A stretch of 64,000 nt of DNA from Malacoraja senta (taxonomy: Eukaryota): the NCBI GenBank assembly GCA_038087875.1, contig CM075988.1:14696001-14760000 (forward strand), read 5' to 3'. Shown here piece by piece: positions 24,879-36,200 of this stretch. The notes beneath the pieces were generated by a model, which had not been told where the DNA came from, searched no databases, and saw nothing but the letters and a program-made list of their open reading frames with translations. The first letter of the stretch is position 1. Every line of letters begins with the position of its first letter. A program made the position numbers and the translations under genes.

Positions 24879-25377
24879 CTGAAAGTACATCTGAGAGCAT
24901 TGGCTTTTAGCAACAATTCTGAAAAACCTAGAGAAAAGAGAAGCCAATGACAACTGTAGCCCATGGTCGCTGATGTAACACAAACAAAGGACACATGGCA
25001 CATGAGGACACACATGGCTGCAGATGAGTGAAAAGTAGAGAAGAGAAATACCTCTACCTCTGTGACTGAATACTTGAAAAGCTCTATCCCAGCACTGTTA
25101 TCGAGGTAGCAATTCTCAGGGTCACTCTGATGGCAGTGGTAGTTTTCTGAGTTCCAAACTCAGGGCCTGTCTTTTTGGGAGGGTTGTTCCCAGGTTGGCA
25201 CCATCGATGTATCATCTTCTTTGAGATGATCTTTTATTTAATTTTTTTCCTTTCATCTTCTTAAGGAAGCCTTTAATCTTATTCGAGCCCAAGGCTCTTA
25301 CAGTCATTCATTTGGAGCTGTCCAAGGGCTGGAAAAACAAGCACATCTTATTTCCTTTTCAGGCTAGAGAGTTTAGT

Positions 25378-25760
25378 TCAAAGGTTCAAAGGTATTTTAT
25401 TGTCACGTGCACCATTTAAGGTACAGTGAAACTCGATTTACCATACAGTCATACCAGAAAAAGCAACAAGACACACAACTACATAAAAGTTAGCATAAAC
25501 ATCCACCACAGCGGATTCCCCACATTCCTCACTGCGATGGAAGGCAATCTTCTTCACTCTTTATTCTCCAGGGGTCGGGGCAGTTGAACCATCTGCAGTC
25601 GGGGGGGGGGTCAAAGCTCCCGCAATCGGGGCAGTCGAAGCTCCTGCGGCCTGGAACTCCCAAAGTCGATCCCTAACCAAGGGACCGCCAGCTCCACGAT
25701 GTTGTTCTGCAGGCTCCCATGGTTGGAGCTCCCAAAGTCCATCCCCAGCAAGAGACCGTA
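25378..25760 (-). mobile_element. GC-rich non-coding retroposon family, 5'-truncated copy
   Basis: 3' end nearly the same as 4633-4958. Confidence 0.82.
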
Positions 25761-27539
25761 GGGGTTGGGGTGTGCCGATTGTCTTTAGTCTGTTCTATTT
25801 GCGCGAGGCTGTATTGGGCACGAGTGAGCGGTTCCGAGGATCAATAAAATAGAGTTGGAATTCCAGTGTTCGTATTCGGTGTTTGACTGAACCAGACTAG
25901 GGGGGTAAGATTAGATCTGGAATTAACAATCTCACCCATTGGCAACTTGACATCTCATCTCCTGCGACACCACCCAACTCATGGAGTCACAGTCATACAG
26001 CGTGGAAGAGTCATACATACATGCCCATGGGCCCAACCTGTCCACACACACCAACATGCCCCATCCACACTAGTCCAGGAGGAATGCCGCAAGACATTCA
26101 GCCAGTACGTCTTGGTCCATCTGGTTCATTGGACTTTCCATTGCCTGATTTAAAAAAAAACTATATATAGAAACAAAAAAACACCTGAAGCAAGTCTCTT
26201 AGAAGTCTCCAATTTAGAGACTTCTAGAGATTTTCCTGTAACCACAGCTGTTATGTGCTAACCTTGCAATATCTTTTTAACAGTGTGGGTGGAGTTTATG
26301 ACTCAACTACAGATTGCTCAAGCATTTCCAAGCACGGAATGACAAGACCATATGGCATGCTGCTATGAAATGCTATGAAATTGGCATTAAAAAATGCACA
26401 AAAAATTCTGTCACTCAAAAGCTACATGCAGGAATTTAAAGGAAATTGTAATCATTATCTGCTGAAGCATTTATAATAAAAACATAAGCTATTACACCAC
26501 CCTCACACTATATCAACCTGCTCCATCATTTAGTAAGATCAAGGTTGATGTTGGGCTTTGTTCTTATTCCCTTCTGATCCTTGACCCCTCTCTTTACAAT
26601 CATTATTTACTGAGTGGGTTATCTATGGGCCCCATTTCTTATCCACCAACAGTCCACTCCATAGGTAGTCCCAAATTTGCCAGTGATTTCCCAACTTTGC
26701 ACTGACATTGGATTCCTCATGGACAATACTAGTCTCCAGCCATTGAACTGGGGAATCTGTACAAAGAACCCTCTGCTCAGTTGGACCAGCCACAGCTTCA
26801 GTGACTCCATTCATTGGAAAGAGAAGCAATGGACATAAGTGAGAGGTAAGCCAAGTAATTTATATCTTCTTGTTAAACTAACTGTGTTTGGACAAATTTA
26901 TGTAATGGTTCAACTAATGTTTTAACTTATTTTGTTCTCGAAAACTAATTTCAATATTTTTTAAATTAATCTTTCTGCCCTCAGCTTGTTTCGAGGCGTT
27001 GATCTAGTGGCAGGGTCTCTCAGTTTTTGTCAGCCTACATCATGTCCTCCATCTCGGGGATGAGTGTTTAAACCCACAGGCTTCTGACTCAGATCCCAGA
27101 GTGCTGCTGTCAAGTACCGCCCAGCACCTATCATTTAATATGACTCAAGTATTTTGTCAGTGGGAGAAGCCGAGGAAATGTTTGGACCTGATTCCACAAA
27201 CTTTGCCTGAAGTTAAAGTTGCACAAATCACAGCCTCATTTATTTTGGGAAAGTCTGCCAGCATTTCCTCCAGAGCTTTAGCAGCATGGCAAAGTACTCA
27301 TCCGTTCCACATTGAAGCCCACTTCAAGAGTGCTTAATTTCTTTTGATAGGCGACAACCTTAACTGTTGGTCCACAGACAGCACCCATAGTCAAGACAAA
27401 CCTGGGTCTCTGGCTCTTTAAGGCGGCAACTCTACCTGCTCTGCCATTGCATCACCCACAATATCTAATAAATTATCAGTAATTCTTAGTAAACCACACT
27501 ATAATTATACAAGCCAAGTATGCAGTGCAACCTATACAA

Positions 27540-27830
27540 TAACCATCGTGCTTCGAGGTAGGTTTGTTCAGGGTGGTTCAAGTGCCTGATTGATTGATAG
27601 AAGAAGCAGTTCTTGAACCTGGAGCTAAAGGTTTTCAAGCTCCTGTACCTTCTTCCTGATGATATCAGCGAGAAGAGAGCGTGGCTGGAGTGCTGTTGGT
27701 CCTTGATGATATTAGCTGCCTTCTTGAGGCAGTGTTTGCTTCAGATCTCTTTGCTGGTGAGGAAGTCAATACTCATGATGGACTGGGCAATAGACACCAT
27801 TTGCTGCAGTTTCCTTCGTTCTTGGTACTT
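27540..27830 (-). mobile_element. Old Rex1-like fragment
   Basis: Similar to 15310-15560 (CLKKAANIIKD.QHSSHAL...GRRYRSLKT). Confidence 0.75.
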
Positions 27831-29077
27831 TCAATGTGCATAATGGGTTCTATACTGGTTGCAACCCTCACAATCCCATATCCACTCACCCCATCTTCAC
27901 GCAGCCCATGGGAACCTTGCACACTACAACCTTTAGCACTGAGTGGAGCAACCAGAAGTCCTTAAGAGGACAGTTGCAAGCCACCCCTAAACCATCTGCC
28001 TTTCGAATTTTTGTTTTAAAGAGAATTTTGTGTACAGCCAAAGTTATTTGTTTAATAACCCTGTCCCTCTTCACATTTGACTTTTACAAAGACGATTTAT
28101 GGCTGTGCTCCACCATAGTTCTAAGCTTAAGGAAATGCCACCTCAACGTTCAATGCCTTTGAATGTCTTCACACCCCTACCCCTCTTTACCTATTACATC
28201 TACAGAAACTTTAACTTCAGCATGTGACCAGGCTCACTGATTGTTGCATGATTCAAATGCCATTAGTTGTTGAGTGCTTTCCCCACTGAATTGCTGGAGA
28301 CACATGGCGACAATGGGAAAGTGACATTTCACCCTTTTACATCCTTGGGTTAACTTCAAGCTCAATCCTGCTTGCCAGTGGAATATAATAGAAGGGACTG
28401 ATAAAATCATTTGAAGGCTGATCTGACCTTCCTATTCACGATTTCACTCAGTGCTTTTGATGTCTCTCGCCGTTCAGCCTTCTGTCATTTTTAATACATT
28501 TCTCTCCTCCGAGGTCAGGAGTGTTCCCATGAGACTGCACTGAGAAATGTCCTTGCTGCAAAATCATCTACCTGTGATATTCAAAGCTGTGTTACTCTGG
28601 TCACGTGGAATTTTATTTCAGCCCCCGCTACATTAAAAATCTCTAGGTGGCGTAAGGCTGTACTACATTTGGAATAAGGCTCTAAGGGGTAGGGAAGAGT
28701 TGTTCTTGGCAAATTGCATCCACGTGAGAATACTTGTGGGATAATTGAAACTGGTTATATATAACGTGGGTTGAAGATTTGTCCTTCACACTTTTCATTT
28801 GCCAATTTACAGCTAGCTTTCTCTAACTTCTAATTGATCCAAGTCTCTGCCCAAGGACAAATAATCTCTACATGACCTCAAGAAGGCACAGTTATAGTAT
28901 TGATTGACTGAAGATAACGCAGAATTTAATATAGAATCAAAACATTGCATCTGGTTTGAAACATCTTCTAGCATGGACCTAACACCTTTCATTACCCATG
29001 GGTGTCCTCAGTTACTAATTCCCAATTAAGAACATTTGAGGAGTAGGAATAGAGATAATGGGTGCAGAGTAAGATAC

Positions 29078-29290
29078 CATAAACAGCAATGGGATAGTGA
29101 TCGGAAGTTCAGGTGAGGTGCTCTTGACTAAGGGATAAATATTAATCACAGCTGGAAAGAGCTCGTCAGTTTTCCTTCAAAAAAGTGGAGAAAGAAAAGC
29201 GAGGTTAAATGGCACTTTGTATTGAGAGAGTGTTGGTCTGTCAGTGGGGCGCAGGACTGCCTCCGGGCTCAAGCCTCTGCCATAGGCGAG
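29078..29290 (-). mobile_element. Diverged Deu-domain SINE relic
   Basis: Minus strand AATATTTATCCCTTAGTCAA...TATCCCATTGCTGTTT parallels 41400-41465. Confidence 0.5.
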
Positions 29291-30208
29291 AATCCACAAC
29301 TTGGTAACACAGAGGCTGGTGCTCTGATGTTCTGTGGCTGAGACCTTACATTTTACACATTGTTTGTGTAAAGGTCCTTACACTTTGTTTCCCACAAGGA
29401 ACCTCACTATATGTGTAATAATTTAATAATATGTGTAAAATAGTATTTTAAGACATTTGTCGGGTATACCAGGCACCACCTGGTATGCAAAACAATGCAT
29501 GTCACTGTGCCCAGGTGCATATGACAATAAAGTATCATTGACATCAGGAAACTGCATTTTTTCCTGCTCTGTATAGTGTACTACTGTTGCCTTTCATGAA
29601 CTGCATTGTTTGGTTTATAGCATCATCACAGCATGGGTCTTTTTCAAAAGCTTACAAATGCATGAGCATTTGACCACATTGTTTGCTGTATAGCCTGAAG
29701 CTCCTGGATACACAATTTGGGGTCCGTGCTCACCTCAGGGAGAACACAGGGATTGAAAAAAAAAATTAAAAAATCAGCCCATGTTCCTTTACTTCTGGCT
29801 TTCTCTGGAATATCATAGTGTCATACAAGACCCTTCAGCCCACCAAGTCTGTGCTGACCTTAAGCATGTGTAGGAAGGAACTGCAGATCAGCAACAGTAC
29901 ACTAGAGATCTCTTGCACAACCATGAAGTTGTTTCTATTGTGTTCTTGCATGAATGCTGTGTTATTACACACAGTATTTTCCTTTTCACTGTCTGGTATA
30001 TTTTATATACACTTTATATATATGTATGTTGTCTGAGTCTATGCGCCTGCAATGTGCCTGCAATGCACCTGCATGCAGGCTATTCGTTGAACCTGTAACT
30101 AACTGTACTTGTGCATATGACATATAACTTGACTTGGGTATGACTGATTGCCGTCAGCCAAAACAGCAATAATTCCACCTTGGTGGTCAGCAGTCCCACA
30201 TTTTCACC

Positions 30209-30972
30209 GGGTGGCTCTTCGATGGCAGCCTCGCCTACAGTCTGTCTGTCCTTTTCGTCTTTTTTTTGTTATTTTTAGTGTGTTTAAAAAGTATGTGTTA
30301 ATGTTCTCTGGTTTGTTTTATGTGGGAGGTGGGTGGGGGGGGGGGGTCTGGGGAAAACTTTTTATCAATCTCTCACCTTGCCAGAGATGCGATTGTTTTC
30401 CGGGTCGTATCTCAGGTCGCTCTACGGCCTAACATCGTGGAGCTGGAGGCCTTGCTCGGGACTGACATTTGCGCATGGACTTACCATCGGAGCTGATTCC
30501 TTGCCTGGGATCGACGCTCCAACCGCGGCCTGCGGACTTTAACATCAGGAGCTCGCAGTCTCGGGTAAGACACCGACGATGGGAAGCTCCAAAAGCCGCA
30601 TGACATTTGACTAGCACTGACCCGGGGTAGATCAACCAGCGTGGGGGAGCTGAGATTCCCTCCCGATGCAGGAGCTTGATCGCCCCAACGAGAAGGCCCG
30701 CCACCAGCTACGGGAGTAAGATCGTCCGTCAATGGAAAGTTAAAAGCCCCCGACTGCTGGAGGACAAAGAAGGGAGAGATTGAACTTTTTTTCGCCTTCC
30801 ATCACAGTGAGGAATGTGGAGGAGTCACTGTGGTGGGTGTTTATGTTAAAATGTATTTTGTGTGTTCTGTTGCTTTTTATTGGTATGATGACTGTATGGC
30901 AAATCAAATTCCTCGTCTGTTGCAAAACATACTTGGCTAATAAAGTATGATTATGATGATTATGATTTTGAT
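30209..30972 (+). mobile_element. GC-rich non-coding retroposon, near full length
   Basis: 5' GGTGGC...ATGGCAGCC...TGTCTGTCCTTT shared with the 58711 end; CpG-rich body; AATAAA then (TGAT/TATGAT)n tail. Confidence 0.8.
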
Positions 30973-32814
30973 AGCGGCCACCAAAGCCATCAAGGACAGC
31001 CAGCGAAAGCAAACTCTGAGTCTTCCAACCAACTGATGGCGGCACTGGAACCACCTGAGACAGAAGACCAACCTTCATCAAGAGCAGACAACCCTGGACT
31101 CCAGGAGCCCAGTGAAGACATCTGTGACTGTCCTAAATGAGATGGATGGTGTTTGGCACTCAGAACAGAAAGCTGGAGTCCAAGTAAAGTATTGCATGAG
31201 TAACTTACAGCTTTGATGCAAGTTTTTCTGGAGTTTGCATATCAATTCAATGAGGGAGGGGCAGGCCCAAGACATTAAATTCTTTGTTGACTCATTGACC
31301 AGTTTTGAACTTTCTCCTTCAGATTTGCATTTCGATCTATATGCAAACTGTTAAGGGGAGATTCCTGCACGGTGCAACCTTTAGCACTAACTGAGAAACC
31401 ATTTCTATTCTCCAATAAACCGATTAGTGTTAAAGTGCGACTTGCAGCTATTGGCCTGAACTTAGTGTGACACGGGTTAGTATCTGTCCTGATATTGTTA
31501 AGACATCTGTTGAATTGCATTGTGCCTATGCATTACAGCAATCATGGCTTTTCCATGTATCTGGGGAGTTTGTAAGAGATGCTTAGAAATGTGTTTTTCT
31601 TCAAATAAAGACAAGCCTTGTGGAAGATGCAGGCTCCAGATCTACCACATCAGTAAGGCTTAATGCAGCTTTCCAGGTTTTATTTAGTAACTAAGATTGA
31701 TAACTGTTATTTCGCACCTATATTAGTTACTGGGAAATCTTGAACAAATATTCAACACGAAATGTCAAGCATTCTGCTTTCACCATTTGTTAAAACATTT
31801 TTTTCACTTTTTAATCATCAAAATTCCAATGACAGCTCAGATACAGCTGCACCAAGAAATTTAGAAGCAGTGTCCTTTTCAGCACATTTGACATGTTTTT
31901 CTTTCCAATCTTTTATTCAGTTCTCTGTGATTCACATCCCGCTCTGGAAATGGATATGGTTACAGCTGCATAATCACATCAGGGACTCTGTGACAAAGGA
32001 GCAGCCATTTTGGCAGGGAAAGGTTCACTCGCTTTGTTCATCTCATGCTCAGTTGACAACATTATATTTAAAATGATAAAGTAGAGATTAAGTTTGAGCA
32101 CTCAAGGTGCACCAATAACTGTATTGTTGCAGTCTATGAACCTCTGCTGGTATTTTCAAGAGTATTGAGCGCTGCTGATAGTCACTTGTTATCTGCGGGA
32201 TTAAGCTTCATCTGTTCAATCATCGGTTAAAGGGAGAATACATGTATTTGTAAATGTAAGCGTGTGTGCGTGCATGTGTATACGTGTTCATGCTTATGTG
32301 CATCTCCCTGTGTGCATAAGTGTCAGTGTGCTTGTGTGTGGGATAAGTAACCTCACAACCTAAATGTCAGTGCAATTTGCAATTTCAAATCATTGGATGC
32401 CACAGATTTCAGGATTTGCTGCAATTTCCTCATTGTGTGACAGTGTAGTATTGCAATATAATAAAATGTGTTATTTCCTTCAATAAACCTACATTGATAT
32501 ATATGACAGCATATCAAGTGTTTTGTGGTGGTGGAGAGCTCTGTTAAAACGTGTGAAAAAATATTCTTGTTTTATTAGTAAATTTAAAACTGCCACTCGA
32601 CTGGAATCCTTTGAGGAACAAAAACTAACAGAAAGCATTTTCTTCTTTCCCAAAGTGGGCACAAAATCAGCTTGAAACACTCCAGCATTTTACATTTAAA
32701 TTATGATAAATATTCTAATAACTTGTTTTTCTTGGCTGCTGTATGGAAGGCTGGTTCAGCATGAACATTGGTAAGGATTCAGACAGCAAGTAGTGATATT
32801 CTGGCTGGAGGTCT

Positions 32815-33293
32815 CTCTGGAGAAGGCGTACGGAATGCTTGCCTTCATTGCTTGTGGCATTGAATACAAGGGTCAGGTAGCCATGTTGCAGCTTTATAGG
32901 ACTTTGGTTTATAAGGTCATAAGGAATAGGAGTAGAATTAGGCCATTCAGCCCATCAAGTTTACTCCGCCATTCAATCATGGCCGATGTGTCTCTCCCTC
33001 CTAACCCCATTCTTCTGCCTTCTCCCCATAACCTCTGACACCTGTACTAATCAAGAATCTATCTATCTCTGCCTTAAAAATATCCACTGATATCCACTGG
33101 TTGGGCCACATTAGGAGTATCGTGCAGTTCCAGTTACCCCATTACAAGTTTTGGAGAGGGTGCTGAAGAGGTTTAGCAGAATGCTGTCCAGATTGCAGTG
33201 TTTTAGCTATAAGGAGAGGTTGGACAAAGTTGGATTATTTTCTCCAGAATGTCAGAGCTTAAGGGGAGACCTGACAGAAGTATATCAAATTAT
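32815..33293 (+). mobile_element. Old CR1 fragment, host to two insertions (resumes at 38043)
   Basis: KAYGMLAFIACGIEYKGQVAMLQLYRTLV; an antisense CR1 tail is inserted at 32910-33097 with TGGTT TSD (32905-32909, 33098-33102). Confidence 0.8.
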
Positions 33294-36200
33294 TATTATT
33301 TTTTTTTTAATTTTTATTTATTAGAAGTACATTACATCACAGCCACATACATTAATACTCGTCATTTATATCTTCTTACAATTAATGTACTCCCTTTATT
33401 TATTTTTTTACACTAAAGAAAGAAAAGATTGAAAGAGAGAAGAAAGTGAAGGAAAAAGTGCAAGTGTAGAAAAGTGTAGAAAATGTAACAACAAAAAAGG
33501 ACGAAGACCCTATGAGAGCGAAATTAAAAACAAAAAGAAAAAGAGTTAAGAAATAGGCCCTAAGAAAAGAAAAGAGAAAGAGAAAAAAAGAAAAACAAAT
33601 GTTTTTTTTTGAGCATCACGTAAATAGGACATACCAACTCTTCAACTATCATCCCCCCTTACCCGACCTCAATTTTTTATTTTTTTAAAGTACTTTTGCA
33701 CCCTATGTTTGTAATAATTCTATAAATGCAGACCACGTCAGGTGGAAGTGATCTGGTTTACCTGCTAGGAGGAGTCTTATCTCTTCAAGGTGTAGTGTTT
33801 CAAACATATTTGAAATCCACATATTTATAGTTGGTATTGGAGCCTTCTTCCAAAATTTTAGAATTAGCTTTTTTCCAGTTATTAACCCATAATCCATTAA
33901 TTTCTTTTGAAACACATTTAGTTCTGGATCATCTTCCGTTATTCCGAAGATAATCCATTCTGCTTTGGGTATCAGTCTTGTTTTAAATAACTTTGTAAAG
34001 ATTTCAAAAATTTCATTCCAAAATTTTTGAATTTTTGTACAGAAGACAAATGAGTGCGCTATAGTTGCTTCTTGGGATTGACATTTATCACAAATAGATG
34101 ATACGTTTGGGAAAATTTTATGAATTTTAGTTTTCGAATAATATAATCTATGTAAAATTTTAAATTGTATTAAAGTGTGTCTTACATTAATCGAGCATTT
34201 ATGTACTTTTAATAAGTATTCATTCCAACTTTCCTTTGAAATTTTAATAGCTAACTCTTGTTCCCAGTCTCTTCTGATACCCTCCGTAGATGGTATTTGT
34301 ACATTTAAGATAATATTGTACAAATATGATATTAAGTTTGCTGATTCCGCTTTTATCTGCATTGCCTCGTCCAGTACATCTGCTGGGTTATTATGATGAT
34401 CTTTTATATATTTTTTCAAATAGTCGCATATTTGAAAGTATTTAAAATATTGATTATTTCCGAGTTTATATTTTATTTGTAATTGTTGAAATGAAAGTAA
34501 TTTTCCAGTTTCATACAAGTCACCAAGCGTTTTAATTCCTAGTCTATCCCATTGTGTATAAGCTTTATCTATAATAGAAGGACTAAACGAAGGGTTATTG
34601 ACTATAGGTAATAAAAGTGATAAGTTTCTTAATTTTAAATTTTGTTTTATTTGTTTCCAAATACGGATTGTACTATGAATAATTGGGTTCTTATTATAGT
34701 TTATGTTATTCAATTTCATTGGAGAGAGGAGGATCGCTCCAATGTTTCTAGAGGAGCAATCCTCTTTCTCCATTACAATCCAGTCTACTTGCTGGGCGGA
34801 GTTATCCATCAGTTGAATCATGTTTTTAATATTTACTGACCAATAATAATACATAAAATTGGGTAGTGCTAGACCCCCCAATACTTTAGATTTATTCAGA
34901 TGGGTTTTTTGTATTCTATGTGATTTATAGTCCCATATAAAATTAGTGATATCTGAGTCGAGTTTTTTAAAAAACTTCTTAGGTAAGTATATAGGAATTG
35001 ATTGAAATAGGTATAAAATTTGTGGTAAAAAGATCATTTTTATTGCGTTTATTCGGCCTATTAAAGACATCGGAAGCGTTTTCCAGAATTTAATTAATGT
35101 ATTCAGTTTATTAAGTAGGGGGTCAAAATTTGCCCTGAGCATACCTTGATATGCTCTGGTAATTTCGATTCCCAAATATTTAAATTTTTCTGTAGCTATT
35201 TTAAAAGGGAATTTTAAAAGATGTGTTGAATCTTTCGGTTTTATTGACATAATTTCACTTTTATTCCAATTTATTCTATATCCAGAAAAAGATCCGAAGT
35301 CTTCAATTAAATTTAATATATTTGGTATAGTGATTTGAGGTTTTGTAATATACAATAATATATCATCTGCGTATAAAGATATTTTATTATATGAGTCTTT
35401 AGTATTATATCCATGAATATCAGGGTGTATTCTAATTTTTTCTGCTAGCGGTTCAATAATGAGAGCAAACAGCTGTGGTGATAATGAGCATCCTTGTCTA
35501 TTTCCCCTTGATAGTTGAAATTTCGAGGATAATATGTTATTAGTAAGTATTCTAGCTGTAGGTTTGTTATATAGTAACTTAATCCATAAAATAAAATTCT
35601 CTCCCAGTTGAAATTTTTGTAATACTTTATCCATATAATTCCATTCTACTTGATCAAATGCTTTTTCAGCATCCAGCGAAATAATTGATAATTCTTGATC
35701 TTCAGATTTGTGTGAGTGCATTATGTTGAGTAGACGTCTCATATTATTAGAAGAGTATCTCTTAGGGATAAACCCTGTCTGATCTGGGTTTATTAATTTA
35801 CTAATGTATTTACTTAATCTTCTGGCTAATGTTTTCGCTAATATTTTTTGATCTGTGTTTAACAATGCTATAGCTCTATATGAGCCAGGTTCTTCTAAAT
35901 CCTTATTTTTCTTAGGTATTAATGTAATCGTTGATTCCGCTAATGTATCAGGTAGTATTCGTTTTTTAAAAGCGTATTGGTACATTTTTTGTAATCTTGG
36001 TATTATTTTATCATAAAAGTTTTTATAAAATTCATTAGTAAATCCATCAGGGCCTGGTGTTTTTCCATTTTTTAGTGAGTTTATTGTATCTTCTAATTCC
36101 TTAATTGAGATTTGTGCACCCAGTTCCTCTTGTTCCTTCAGCTCTAACTTTGGAAGATTACAGGTATCCAAGAACTTTGTGATATTATTGGAATCAATTA

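Noticed and set aside
26192..26233. Short inverted repeat TAGAAGTCTC/GAGACTTCTA, and the AT palindrome at 21318-21337
   Set aside because: Isolated and short; explainable by chance or a local template switch.
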